The notes under the pieces were generated by a model. The model had not been told where the DNA came from. It searched no databases and saw only the letters and a program-made list of their open reading frames with translations. The translations under genes were made by a program, and so were the position numbers. DNA of 64,000 nt from an uncultured Anaerolineales bacterium. Its GTDB lineage: Bacteria > Chloroflexota > Anaerolineae > B4-G1 > SLSP01. The stretch lies in the NCBI GenBank assembly GCA_964504195.1, contig CAZDDI010000006.1, positions 48,394 to 112,393 of the forward strand, given 5' to 3'. Below are positions 46,916 to 57,284 of this stretch, piece by piece. The stretch's first letter is position 1. Each line of letters starts with the position of its first letter.

Positions 46916-47782
46916 TTACCGCTCCACCACCTGCAACACAGCCGGCACCTGCGCAAACGAATCTATTTGCGCTGAAGTCTCCTCCGCTAACCACAGCCCC
47001 GCAGATGCGCCGCCATCAAGGTTGAGCGCAATATCCACATCCAAATCGGAATCCACCAACCACACTGCCAGTTGGTGCAAATTGAAGTACCCACGCGGCG
47101 CGATGAGGAACAACAACTGCCCGGCGCGGTCTTGTGCGATGACCGTACGGCGCGCAAGACGTCCATCATCACCATCGGCAGGGAAACCCATGACCCCACC
47201 GGGTTTGACCAGCACCGGGAAGCTCTGTACTGCATAGGCCAGCGGTTCATCTGCGTCATAGTGCCACTCGCGGAGCCAACGCACGCTGGCATCCCCATCA
47301 TCACGCACCGCTACCATGCCAGCGAAGTCAGCATAACTCACACCCTGCGGGCGGCCACGCAACACAAATAACCCCGTGAGGACATTTTCCTGCGTGAAAT
47401 ACCCTGCATTGACAACGAGCAGTCCGCCCGCTTTATTCTCCCACGCACTCACGGTCATCGGGACTTGCGGCAAGTATTCCAATTGCAACGTGAAGCGCGT
47501 CGGGTCTACACGCACCACCGTCACCCGTTCCAGACCACCGGGCAGCGAAACATCCAGGCTGCGGAACTCCAATCCGGAGCTGCTCACCTGCCAACCGGTA
47601 TCGGGCGGCAAGGGCGTCGACGTAAAAATGCCAGTAGCGGTGGAAGTCAAAGTCGGTATAGCAGTAGGTAACGGCGCGGGCGTGGTAAAGATGGGCACGG
47701 CGCAGGCCAATGCCAACAACAGCAACGCCGCAAGCCAAAGCACAATACGGCGGGATTGGGACTTGTAAGCATCAAAAGTCAT
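46916..47782 (-). CDS. Phosphodiester glycosidase (NAGPA/DUF2233) family lipoprotein
   Basis: LALAC lipobox; VNAGYF, ARRTVIA, ALNLDGGAS. Confidence 0.85.
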   Translation of the reverse strand: MTFDAYKSQSRRIVLWLAALLLLALACAVPIFTTPAPLPTAIPTLTSTATGIFTSTPLPPDTGWQVSSSGLEFRSLDVSLPGGLERVTVVRVDPTRFTLQLEYLPQVPMTVSAWENKAGGLLVVNAGYFTQENVLTGLFVLRGRPQGVSYADFAGMVAVRDDGDASVRWLREWHYDADEPLAYAVQSFPVLVKPGGVMGFPADGDDGRLARRTVIAQDRAGQLLFLIAPRGYFNLHQLAVWLVDSDLDVDIALNLDGGASAGLWLAEETSAQIDSFAQVPAVLQVVER

Positions 47783-48035
47783 AGCAACACCCTTTCACTA
47801 TGTTGAGAAGCAACAAGCAGCGCTATTGTAACACATATCCCAGCTGATTACCAAAAATTCGTGTTGCCACCTGGATGGGTCTGGAGAGTAAGGATACGGA
47901 TTTTACGAATCAGACGGATTATCTTTTTTGAATTCGCCCACTCCCTCGCGCTTGGCATCAGGGCTGAAGGTGATATAATTAAACTAAGAAACAGAAACGC
48001 TCAAAAAGCAGCAACATCATTGACGGAGGCAGGGT

Positions 48036-48710
48036 ATGAGCCCATCCCAAATCAGCGGCGCAGACCGTAAAAAAGCCGAGCAGCTCTATCAAGAGGCGCT
48101 AGAAGCCCATGAGCGCTGGGACGTTGAGGTTGCCATCAAAAAGCTGGAGAACGTCCTCAGCCTGACGCCTAACAAACCCGCCTATCACATGAGCCTGGCG
48201 CAAGCATTAGCGCGCTCTGGCGACTTCGACCGTGCGCTACGCGCATTGGCGAATTATCTGCGCCTGGCGCCTGATTCAGCCGTGGCCGGTCGCATCGAGC
48301 AACTTTTTGCCAGCGGTATGGATCAGGTAGAGGAAATCCTTACCGCGCACATGACAGCTGAACAGTTACCACTAGAAATGATCGGGGCAGCGATTCAGAT
48401 GTGGGTAGAATTTCGCATCGCGCTTGGCGAAGAGCCACTTTCCATCCCCAAGCCCGAAACCTGGGCCGCGGCGCTCGATTATACCGTCCGTAAGGTAAAC
48501 CTACGCGATGTCTCCCTGGACAAAATCGCGGCTAGCTACAATGTCGCGCCCACAACGGTACACAAGCACATGGATGAGCTTATCAAATTGCTAGACATCA
48601 TGCCCTGCGATTATCGCTATTTCATCGCCGAGCAAAACCCGCTCGATAAGCTGGTCGAAGCGGCGGAACTGCTAGAAGAGCTTGAGAGTAAATTCCGCGC
48701 AGAGGGCTAA
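48036..48710 (+). CDS. TPR-containing protein
   Basis: N-terminal TPR helices (AYHMSLAQALARSGDFDRALRAL). Confidence 0.75.
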   Translation: MSPSQISGADRKKAEQLYQEALEAHERWDVEVAIKKLENVLSLTPNKPAYHMSLAQALARSGDFDRALRALANYLRLAPDSAVAGRIEQLFASGMDQVEEILTAHMTAEQLPLEMIGAAIQMWVEFRIALGEEPLSIPKPETWAAALDYTVRKVNLRDVSLDKIAASYNVAPTTVHKHMDELIKLLDIMPCDYRYFIAEQNPLDKLVEAAELLEELESKFRAEG

Positions 48711-48780
48711 TCCGCATCTACACACAAACGGAGATAGAGTCAATCTCCCCGTTTGTAGACTCTTGAAGATGCTATTTCTA

Positions 48781-48812
48781 AGACCTGGCAGGTTTGCAAA
48801 CCTGCCAGGTCT
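48781..48812. repeat. Stand-alone REP palindrome AGACCTGGCAGGTTT-GC-AAACCTGCCAGGTCT
   Basis: Same arms as inside the 134-bp MITEs. Confidence 0.8.
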
Positions 48813-48827
48813 TATCTGAGGGACAGC

Positions 48828-49016
48828 ATGCAAGTCATACACAGAGACGCACATTGGCAATTCGAGGAAAGTTTGCTAGTCAAGCAATTGTTGGAACGGT
48901 TAGAGCTGCTTCCGGAAAGTGTGCTTGTAGTGTGTAATGGACAGCTAGTAACAGAAGATCATCGCCTGCAACCCGACGACGCCGTGAACATCGTTAGCGT
49001 GATTTCAGGAGGCTGA
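48828..49016 (+). CDS. ThiS/MoaD-like sulfur carrier (TtuB-like)
   Basis: 62 aa, C-terminal ISGG. Confidence 0.85.
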   Translation: MQVIHRDAHWQFEESLLVKQLLERLELLPESVLVVCNGQLVTEDHRLQPDDAVNIVSVISGG

Positions 49017-49017
49017 G

Positions 49018-49974
49018 GTGCGCTGTCGCAAGTGTGGGGAACGCGCCGCGATTAATCTCCGCCAGCACCGGCTGGCACTTTGCGCGGAGCATTACCTGGC
49101 CTGGTTTGAGGAACAGACCGCACGCACCATCCACAAGTACCGTATGTTCGAGCCTGACGCGCGCATCCTCGTGGCCGTCTCTGGCGGTAAGGACAGCCTG
49201 GCGCTTTGGGAAGTGTTATTGCGGCTAGGCTATCATGCTGACGGCCTCTACATTGACCTGGGGATTGACAAGGGCCTGCACTACTCAACCCATTCAGGAG
49301 AAAAGGCGGCGGACTTTGCAGCACAGCACCCCACCGCGCACTTACACATCATCAACATCGCCGAAACGTATGGCGAGAGCATCCCCCAACTAGCGCGCCG
49401 TAAGCGCCAACACCAACGCCCCTGCGCACTCTGCGGCCTCATCAAACGTCACGAGATGAACCGGATTGCTCTGGAAAGCGGTTACGATGTTCTGGCGACC
49501 GGCCACAACCTTGACGACGAAGCTGCCACCCTCTTCGGCAACACGCTGCACTGGCAGGCCAGCTACCTCAAACGGCAAGCGCCCGTACTGCCCGCCGATG
49601 GCGAGGGTCTGGCGCGCAAGGTTAAGCCTTTTTGTCGCTTCTACGAGCGCGACACCGCCGCCTATACTTTACTACGGGGCATTACATATATCTACGACGA
49701 ATGCCCCTATGCTATAGGCGCGACCAGTATCCAGCACAAGCTCACACTTACACAATTGGAGAGTCGCGCGCCGGGGACCAAATTGCAATTCTATGTAAGT
49801 TTTCTCAAAGCTAAAGAGGAAGGGCTTTTTTGTCGCGAAGAAATGCCGCCCGCAGACTTGCATCCTTGCAAGGAATGTGGACAGCCCACCCTCGCGCCAG
49901 AGCGCTGCGCTTTTTGCCGCCTCTGGTACGCAGAGGATCAGGTGGAAGCGGAAAATCTGCAATCCACCAGCTAA
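49018..49974 (+). CDS. TtuA/TtcA family tRNA 2-thiolation protein
   Basis: N- and C-terminal CxxC zinc fingers, VSGGKDS PP-loop, CxxC, ATGHNLDDEA. Confidence 0.88.
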   Translation: MRCRKCGERAAINLRQHRLALCAEHYLAWFEEQTARTIHKYRMFEPDARILVAVSGGKDSLALWEVLLRLGYHADGLYIDLGIDKGLHYSTHSGEKAADFAAQHPTAHLHIINIAETYGESIPQLARRKRQHQRPCALCGLIKRHEMNRIALESGYDVLATGHNLDDEAATLFGNTLHWQASYLKRQAPVLPADGEGLARKVKPFCRFYERDTAAYTLLRGITYIYDECPYAIGATSIQHKLTLTQLESRAPGTKLQFYVSFLKAKEEGLFCREEMPPADLHPCKECGQPTLAPERCAFCRLWYAEDQVEAENLQSTS

Positions 49975-49991
49975 AAGTCAAGGAGTTAGCA

Positions 49992-50861
49992 ATGCAAATA
50001 GTCACCGATACTGGCATGGATTTACATTTTCCCAAAGAGATGATGCCCGACGTGAAAATTCATGTCATGCCCCAAATCATCACCATTGAGGGCGTCTCGT
50101 ACCGCAGTGGGGTAGATATTACACCCGAAACGCTGTACCCACTGCTAGAAAAGCAAGGCGTGTACCCGACCACTTCACTGCCCTCAGCAGGTGAGTTTGC
50201 GGAGCTCTACCGCAAAGTGGCGGCTGAAGACCCGGATATCCTCTCGATCCACATGTCTTCTGGACTGAGCGGTACCTACAATGCCGCCTGCGCCGGAGCG
50301 GAGATGGTTCCGGAGGCGAACATAACGCTCTATGACACGAAGACCTTGTGCGCAGCGTTGGGCTGGCAAGTATGGGCAGCGGGTCGCGCCATCGCCGCCG
50401 GGTGGAGTGTAGAGCAAATTCTCGCGCTGGTGAAGCAAGTGGGCGACGCTACGGAAAGCATGTATACACTCAAGGATCTCAAATACCTCATCCACGGGGG
50501 CCGTATCAGCCACATGAAGGGATTGATTGCTTCGGCGTTACGCATCAAACCACTAATCGGCGTGGAGAAAGTGGGAGGGACGTACACCCAGATGGGCATG
50601 GCCCGGAGCTTCAGTTCGGCGCTAGACGGACTGATCAAGCAAATGCTGCGCTACCATCCTGCCGGGTCGGCATTACGCACCCAAGTGTTGCACTCTTACA
50701 ATCCTGAAGGGGCAGCGATGTTGCGCGAGAAAGTCGAAGCAGTATACCAATGTGATTGGCTACCGACATTCCCCATGTCGCCGCCACTGGGTGCGCACAC
50801 CGGACCGACGATGACGGGCGTAGCCTTCGCCGCTGCGCATGTGTTTACCAACATACCCTAG
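49992..50861 (+). CDS. DegV family protein
   Basis: IVTDTG, PTTSLPS, SSGLSGTY, GAHTGP. Confidence 0.92.
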   Translation: MQIVTDTGMDLHFPKEMMPDVKIHVMPQIITIEGVSYRSGVDITPETLYPLLEKQGVYPTTSLPSAGEFAELYRKVAAEDPDILSIHMSSGLSGTYNAACAGAEMVPEANITLYDTKTLCAALGWQVWAAGRAIAAGWSVEQILALVKQVGDATESMYTLKDLKYLIHGGRISHMKGLIASALRIKPLIGVEKVGGTYTQMGMARSFSSALDGLIKQMLRYHPAGSALRTQVLHSYNPEGAAMLREKVEAVYQCDWLPTFPMSPPLGAHTGPTMTGVAFAAAHVFTNIP

Positions 50862-50940
50862 TACGTCCCTGAGAAAACCAGATTTCATCAGAGCCTGTCT
50901 GGCAATCCAACCAGATAGCAATCTGAAAGGTAGGTACGCC

Positions 50941-51696
50941 GTGAAGACACGTCGCACTTGGGGCATGGGCATTGCCCTGCTTGCTTTCCTACTGACAATA
51001 GCCTGTGGAGGAACGTCTACCAGCAACGCCGATTGGCAGACACCATTAAAAGCCCTGTTAACGCTCCACGCCACACAGCATAACGCACCCCGACATTTAC
51101 TCGACGGGGAACAACGCCGAGAAGAGGATTTCGATCCTAACACCTACTTCACGGCACTGGAACGGCTCAGCCTGGAACCGGGTTATGTGCTGGACTATGT
51201 CTACTATGCAGACTTCCTTGGCGGCGCACCGGTGCTGTACGCACGCGCTACAGATCAGCCCCCCTACTCCAGCGAGAGTGCGCTACCACGCACGCTTCCC
51301 CCCTACCTGGACTCCATCCACGCGGAAGACAGCATTGAAGGGTTCTACCAGCTGGCGTTATTACGAGTTTTGGGGGGGCAATTCTATCTCTACTGGCATG
51401 CCGGTTACAATGACCGACAAGTGCTAGTCACGCCAGCAGCAATCACAGCATTGCTAGAAGCAGGAGATGGCTTCGAGCAGGCCTTCCCACATGATATGCA
51501 CCGCGAGGCCCAAAATCTCAATCCTACACCGCAGGTAGTACTGAACGAGACGACCGTCACCGTTACCCTACTCACCTTCACCAATTGGGGCGGGTTTGAG
51601 CAGTATACGGTCACGTTCCAGCGTGCTTTTCCGCATACCCGCATTGAAGAGACTATCAAAACGCTGGTAGAATACGATTGCGGGGTAGTATTTTAA
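50941..51696 (+). CDS. Putative lipoprotein
   Basis: GTG start; LLTIAC lipobox. Confidence 0.7.
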   Translation: MKTRRTWGMGIALLAFLLTIACGGTSTSNADWQTPLKALLTLHATQHNAPRHLLDGEQRREEDFDPNTYFTALERLSLEPGYVLDYVYYADFLGGAPVLYARATDQPPYSSESALPRTLPPYLDSIHAEDSIEGFYQLALLRVLGGQFYLYWHAGYNDRQVLVTPAAITALLEAGDGFEQAFPHDMHREAQNLNPTPQVVLNETTVTVTLLTFTNWGGFEQYTVTFQRAFPHTRIEETIKTLVEYDCGVVF

Positions 51697-51859
51697 TGCG
51701 CGTGTTACCTGGGCCAATTCAGAGATTCAGGACACGGATTTTACGGATCAGAAAGATTTTTCTGGTTTTTATCCATGAAATCCGTGTCCTATAAATATTT
51801 TAGCGAATAAATAGCAATTTTGATTGTTTCAATTCGCGAGGTGCAATATAGACACACAA

Positions 51860-52480
51860 ATGCTTTATGAGATCATCGGCTACATAGCTTCAGGTCTAGT
51901 AGCCGTGTCACTGATGATGAGCTCGCTATTGCGGCTGCGGCTCATTAACCTAGTAGGTGCGATTTGCTTCACGGCTTACGGACTGCTCATCGGCGCCTAC
52001 CCAGTGGCGGCAGTCAATGCGTTCATTATTGTCATAAATAGCTACTACCTCTACCAGATGCTGCGTTCCCGCGAGTATTTCACCCTGCTGGAGGTACTGA
52101 AAGGCTCGCGCTTTTTACATTACTTTCTCAATTTTCACCAAGCCGAAATTGCCGCATTTTTCCCCGGCTTTATGTACAAAGAAACGGAGGAACAGTTAGC
52201 GTTCTTCGTGTTGCGTGACATGGTTCCCACCGGGCTGTTCATCGCACAGCCTGCGGGTGAAGGCATAGCGCGCATCTTGCTAGATTATGTCGCCCCCGGC
52301 TACCGAGACCTACAAGTGGCACGTTTCGTCTATCGTGAGCATGCACATCTATTCCGCGAGAAAGGCATCCACCGCCTTGTCGCCGAGGCCGCAACCCCCA
52401 AACACGCCCGCTATCTGGAGCGGATGGGCTTTCGGGCCGGAGATGACACCGCCAAGACTTATACCCTCAACGTCCACTAA
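51860..52480 (+). CDS. Membrane protein (YgjV-like N-terminus, GNAT-like C-terminus)
   Basis: IGYIASGLVAVSLMM..LRLINLVGA; DYV..YRDL..ARFVY..YLERMGF. Confidence 0.7.
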   Translation: MLYEIIGYIASGLVAVSLMMSSLLRLRLINLVGAICFTAYGLLIGAYPVAAVNAFIIVINSYYLYQMLRSREYFTLLEVLKGSRFLHYFLNFHQAEIAAFFPGFMYKETEEQLAFFVLRDMVPTGLFIAQPAGEGIARILLDYVAPGYRDLQVARFVYREHAHLFREKGIHRLVAEAATPKHARYLERMGFRAGDDTAKTYTLNVH

Positions 52481-52742
52481 CCCTAAACATGCAGCTGCAT
52501 CGCTTTGATACGAATCGCACATAGTACAATAGTTACACGATGACCGTTTGCGCCACCGGCTCAAAGCGAACTTGGCGGCTAAGCCCGCCCCCGCAAATCA
52601 CTCTTAAAAATCACTTTTTGAGCTTAAAGAACGTTTGATGAAACAAACCGTGTAACTACTGATAGTACATATTTCCCATCTGCTCAGCATCTCAAAAGGA
52701 TTGCCTAAAGCACTTTTCTGATGTACAATGTAATAAGTAAGT

Positions 52743-52875
52743 CAATGTCATTAAGTTTAGGGCATAGACTAAGCAAGTTTCAAGGCCTTGAGTCTACAAA
52801 ATGTCGTTATTCACTGGTAAAATACTACCCAACCCAATTTGGATAAAACCTGCCAGGTCGTAACTTAAGATATTG
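52743..52875. mobile_element. 133-bp MITE (same family), TSD (A/C)TAAGTAAGT
   Basis: Ends CAATGTCATTAAG / CTTAAGATATTG; internal sequence shared with 42704-42837. Confidence 0.8.
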
Positions 52876-52929
52876 CTAAGTAAGTACTCAGTTTGAACTA
52901 TATAAAGCAATGGAAATAGGCGAGCATAG

Positions 52930-53916
52930 ATGAAAACAACCAGAATGATTGCCAGAGCCGGGCTGTTTCTGAGTCTCGCTCTCATCATGCTTGTTGCAAC
53001 GCTACCCAGTTTAACTCAGGCACAAGAGGACTCCCGTTATTTTCCAGAAACGGGGTTTACAGTACGTGGCCCCCTTTTGAATTTTTTCGATACGCGCGGC
53101 GGCCTGGCTATTTTTGGGTATCCAATCACCGAGGCATTTGTTGAGCGTGGGGTACAGGTGCAGTATTTTCAAAATACCCGGATAGAATGGCGCCCTAACA
53201 ATCCCGACCCCTACAAAGTGCAGTTAGGGTTACTTGCCGACGAGCTGCGGTATGGACAGCCGCGTGTACCTGCGCCCACACTGCGCTCTCGCCGCCGCAT
53301 CTATTTCGCAGAAACCGGACACACTGTCGCTTATGCATTTCTCGATTACTTCAACGCTAACGGCGGGCTAGACGTTTTCGGCTATCCTATCACCGAAATG
53401 CACTATGCCGATGGCATCATTGTCCAATACTTCCAACGGCTGAAGATGGAATGGCGACCGGAAGACAGCACCAATCAAGTACACATTGGCAACCTCGGTG
53501 AACAGTATGTCAACCTATACCGTGATCGCATCCCGGCTGCGGCACTAACCCGTACTTCCCCAATCATCAGTGTCACCCCCATCCCAACAACTGGTAGCAA
53601 TATCACTGCGCTCCGAGCAGTGGTCTCGTTGCGTTTTTCTGTATTGGGACAACCCAACGCCACACAAACCATCTCGATCCTGGTAACCGATAATAACGGT
53701 AATGCTATTGAAGACGCAACCGTCAACATCAACCTGGTTGGTGCTGGCGGAAAGAATTTAGGCGTACTTACCGCAAGAACCGATACGCGTGGCTTTGCAC
53801 GTCTGGACACCCTGGTAAGAGAAGGTAAAACCGGAGATCAGGTAGTGGTGCAAGCGACCGTAACTTATGGCACGTTGGTCACATCTGCACAGAATGTGTT
53901 CCTGCTCTGGTGGTAG
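52930..53916 (+). CDS. Secreted protein with YFPETG-type repeats and a C-terminal Ig-like domain
   Basis: RYFPETGFTV..GGLAIFGYPITE..VQYFQ twice. Confidence 0.75.
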   Translation: MKTTRMIARAGLFLSLALIMLVATLPSLTQAQEDSRYFPETGFTVRGPLLNFFDTRGGLAIFGYPITEAFVERGVQVQYFQNTRIEWRPNNPDPYKVQLGLLADELRYGQPRVPAPTLRSRRRIYFAETGHTVAYAFLDYFNANGGLDVFGYPITEMHYADGIIVQYFQRLKMEWRPEDSTNQVHIGNLGEQYVNLYRDRIPAAALTRTSPIISVTPIPTTGSNITALRAVVSLRFSVLGQPNATQTISILVTDNNGNAIEDATVNINLVGAGGKNLGVLTARTDTRGFARLDTLVREGKTGDQVVVQATVTYGTLVTSAQNVFLLWW

Positions 53917-53957
53917 TAGTAGTCCGAAACATAACCCCATATCCACGTAACTCAAGG

Positions 53958-54032
53958 ACGTCGTTATTCACCGGTAAAATACTACCGAACCCAATTTAGG
54001 CGAAACCGGTCAAGTCTTACCTTAATGGCATT
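53958..54032. mobile_element. Truncated copy of the 134-bp MITE family
   Basis: CGTTATTCACCGGTAAAATACTAC..CTTAATGGCATT; flanked by ACTCAAGG on both sides. Confidence 0.6.
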
Positions 54033-54108
54033 AGACTCAAGGGGAATTACGTCACAAAAAATCACGCGGGACTTGTATCCCGCGTGATTTCTGTATTCCT
54101 GCATCCGC

Positions 54109-54375
54109 TCATTCAGTAGGGGTATCGTTCTTAGGGCCAAGCCCCAGGCGCAGCAACAAGCTCGCTTTGAAGCGTGCCCACAATGAGGGCTGTCCCGGCA
54201 GCACCTGATCCCCAGAACGTAATCCCCGCAAGCGATCTACAGCCCGCCGCAACTTCTGCATTTTCACAACCCGATTTTCCGTAGGAACACGTTCTTCTTC
54301 CATGTTGCTTTTCCTTTTCCCTAAAGGTCTCACTTCCAATAACCCTATTGTACCGTAAATCAACACGGCACGCAA
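54109..54375 (-). CDS. Hypothetical protein
   Basis: Short ORF downstream of the response regulator; start uncertain (possibly MEEER). Confidence 0.45.
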   Translation of the reverse strand: MRAVLIYGTIGLLEVRPLGKRKSNMEEERVPTENRVVKMQKLRRAVDRLRGLRSGDQVLPGQPSLWARFKASLLLRLGLGPKNDTPTE

Positions 54376-54386
54376 CCGCGCAACCG

Positions 54387-55196
54387 CTACTCTGGTGACG
54401 TTTCCGGCGACACCGAAGCGAACATGTATCCCACTCCGCGCACGTTCAAAATATAACAGGGGTGTTCAGGGTCTGGCTCCAGCTTGCGGCGCAAACGCCG
54501 GACATGTACGCGTACAATAGAGCGCGCGCCCCACGGGTCAGCCTCATACCCCTGCGCACAACGGACAAGATTCTGTGGTGTGCAAACCTCGTCCACCCGC
54601 ATCATCAAACACTCTAACAGACGGAACTCAGTAGGGGTAAGTTCTACCGGCGCACCATGCAAAGTGACAAGATGCTTGGCTCGATCCACGAGCACAGCAT
54701 CTACTTGCAAAAAACGTTCGGTTTCCAGTGGTTCTGGCTCCAATGGAACGCCCGTCTCGCGTGTCACTAACTCCTGGAGCGTGGCTTGCAACTTACCCAT
54801 CAACGCGCGCCGGTGGCGTTCCTTTTCCAAATCCGTCACTCCGCGCCGCACAGCTGCCAAAATTTCCTCAACCGGGCAGGGCTTGAGCAAATAATCATAA
54901 GCCCCTTTGCGCATAGCCTGGATAGCCGTTTCTAATGTGCCATAGCCGGTAATAAGTATGACTACCGTTTCCGGTGCGAAAGCGTGCAAATGCTCCAAAA
55001 CCTGCACGCCATCCATGCCAGGAAGTCGCAAATCCAGCACCACCACATCAAACGGGCCATTCTGTTGCGCGGTGAGCAAAGCCGCTTCCCCCGAAGCTGC
55101 CAGCTCGACACGATAACCTTCCAAGCGCAACACTTCGCCCAGCGTAATACGCTCGGCGGCCTCATCATCCACAACCAAAATACGCACGTCAGGCAT
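54387..55196 (-). CDS. OmpR-family response regulator
   Basis: ILVVDD, VLDLRLPGMDG, YLLKP, LTPTEF..IVRVHVRRLRRKLE..NVRGVGY. Confidence 0.93.
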   Translation of the reverse strand: MPDVRILVVDDEAAERITLGEVLRLEGYRVELAASGEAALLTAQQNGPFDVVVLDLRLPGMDGVQVLEHLHAFAPETVVILITGYGTLETAIQAMRKGAYDYLLKPCPVEEILAAVRRGVTDLEKERHRRALMGKLQATLQELVTRETGVPLEPEPLETERFLQVDAVLVDRAKHLVTLHGAPVELTPTEFRLLECLMMRVDEVCTPQNLVRCAQGYEADPWGARSIVRVHVRRLRRKLEPDPEHPCYILNVRGVGYMFASVSPETSPE

Positions 55197-56859
55197 GAGA
55201 CTCCTCCTGGTATCGAGGCAGGCGCACAATAAACGACGCACCGCCACCGGTGGGACTTTCCACCTCAATCACGCCACGATGGCGCTCAACAATACCGTAG
55301 CTAATCGCTAAACCCAAGCCCGTACCAGTGGGTTTGGTGGTAAAAAAAGGCTCGAAAAGATGCTCATAAACCTCCGGGGAAACACCCGCCCCACTGTCGC
55401 GAAACGCCGCTACGATCTGGTTACGCTCCTCGTGATACGCAGTTCCCACCCAGAAAGTGCCGCCCACAGGCATCGCTTCAATAGCATTAATGATGATGTT
55501 CAAGAAGACCTGAGTTAGCTGATTGGCACTACCCCATACCGGCGGCTGGTTGGCGGAAAACTGCGCCACAGTCTGGATGTCAGCCTGTTGCAAGCGTTTG
55601 TTAGCGATAACCAACGCGTTCTCGACCGTCTTATTCACATCCACCACTTCCATCATGTTGGAGGAAGGGCGATAGAAATCCAGCATCCGGCGCACAATCT
55701 GCACCAGCCGATTGATTTCGTCCTGAGCCATCCCTAGATAGCGCCGCCGCCCACCCTCGTCCAACTGCGGATGAAGCGACAAATGCAGGCTATTCTGAAT
55801 CGCCTGCAACGGGTTGTTAATCTCATGGGCGATAGAGGCCGCGAGTCGCCCTACTGCTGCCATCTTCTCAGCTTGCACCAGCTGGCTCTGCGAACGTTCT
55901 AGCTCGTCGGCAAACGCGGCTAACTCGCCGTAGAGCCGGGCGTTATCCACAGCAATAGCGATAGTCGCCGCAATATGCTTCAACAGAGGTATCGAATCCT
56001 CACTGAGGGTCCCATCACGTCCAATGACCACCAACAGACCTACTGGCGTTTCATGAGAAAGCAGCGGTACCGACAACAGATCGAGCGGCGCGAAACCAAG
56101 CGCATCCACCCAAAAGCCCTCTTGCTGCTGGGTAAGTAACAAGGGTTCCATACGCGCCAACGTGGCTGCAATCGAGGGGTCTGTAACTGGCGCTACACGG
56201 CCTTCCAGCCACGCGCCTTCTGGAGCGCGCGATGTGCGCACCATCCATGTCCCCGATTCCTCGTCATTAAGCACCAGGGCTAACGCATCAGCCTGCATCA
56301 GTCGCTCCAAACCCGCCAACGCCGAAACCAGCACTTGATCCAGGTCAAGACTGGCCGAGACCATTTGGTTGATTTCGTTGAGCGCGGCCAGCTCCTGGTT
56401 GCGCTGGCGTAGCATCTGCTCAGTGCGCCGAATACGGAAAACGGCCCCGATGCGCGCCAACAGCTCTTGGGGATCGAAGGGCTTAGTAACATAATCATCC
56501 GCCCCCATTTGCAAGCCGCGCGTCTTATCTACCACCGAACCCAACGCAGTGATCAGGATAACCGGCAATTGTTCCAGGTCAGGATCGGATTTCAGCATTT
56601 GTAAAACACGAAAACCGTCGGCACCCGGCATAACCACATCCAGCAATACCGCATCCACCGGACGCCCAGCAGCCTTTTCTTTGCGCAACAACGTCAACGC
56701 CTCTGCCCCCTGCAAGGCGGGTAGCACGCTACAATCAATCAGGGACAGCACTTCGCTCACCAGCTTGATGATCTCTGGATCATCATCCACCACCACCACA
56801 CGTGGCTCGGTGAACTGCGTAGTATGCGCCGCCAGGCCTACGAGTTCCATGTATGACAA
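55189..56859 (-). CDS. Hybrid REC-GAF histidine kinase
   Basis: REC domain, GAF, AHEINNPL, NAIEAM, FFTTKPTGTGLGL. Confidence 0.92.
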   Translation of the reverse strand: MSYMELVGLAAHTTQFTEPRVVVVDDDPEIIKLVSEVLSLIDCSVLPALQGAEALTLLRKEKAAGRPVDAVLLDVVMPGADGFRVLQMLKSDPDLEQLPVILITALGSVVDKTRGLQMGADDYVTKPFDPQELLARIGAVFRIRRTEQMLRQRNQELAALNEINQMVSASLDLDQVLVSALAGLERLMQADALALVLNDEESGTWMVRTSRAPEGAWLEGRVAPVTDPSIAATLARMEPLLLTQQQEGFWVDALGFAPLDLLSVPLLSHETPVGLLVVIGRDGTLSEDSIPLLKHIAATIAIAVDNARLYGELAAFADELERSQSQLVQAEKMAAVGRLAASIAHEINNPLQAIQNSLHLSLHPQLDEGGRRRYLGMAQDEINRLVQIVRRMLDFYRPSSNMMEVVDVNKTVENALVIANKRLQQADIQTVAQFSANQPPVWGSANQLTQVFLNIIINAIEAMPVGGTFWVGTAYHEERNQIVAAFRDSGAGVSPEVYEHLFEPFFTTKPTGTGLGLAISYGIVERHRGVIEVESPTGGGASFIVRLPRYQEESHA

Positions 56860-57284
56860 CCTCCCACAGCAGCACTTATAACAGTTTACAGGATGCGGAT
56901 TGCATGTTCAACATTGTAACACCGGGGTTAGCACGCCCAAATCAACGGGTTTTATCACTGCTTTTAGCTCCGTCTCACATCAAGTATACTTGATTTTGAT
57001 TAAATTGTGAAGAGACAGCAAGATTTATCAGGGATTTGCAAGCGAAAGGTTCTCATAGATTCCAGGCTATTCCCAAAATAATCCTGCCCCTTACTCTCAC
57101 TGGACGGCTAACTCCAGCAGGTTACCAGACACTTGGTAGTCCAAAAATGGAAACTCCACAATCTACGCCGAGCACGTGTATAGAGGTTTTAAGTTTTGAC
57201 AAGGCCCTTAAATACACAGGGCGAGGAAATTTCCTCGCCCTGTGTCAGATGCAAATTTATGCAGATTATGTACTTACAGCCACT

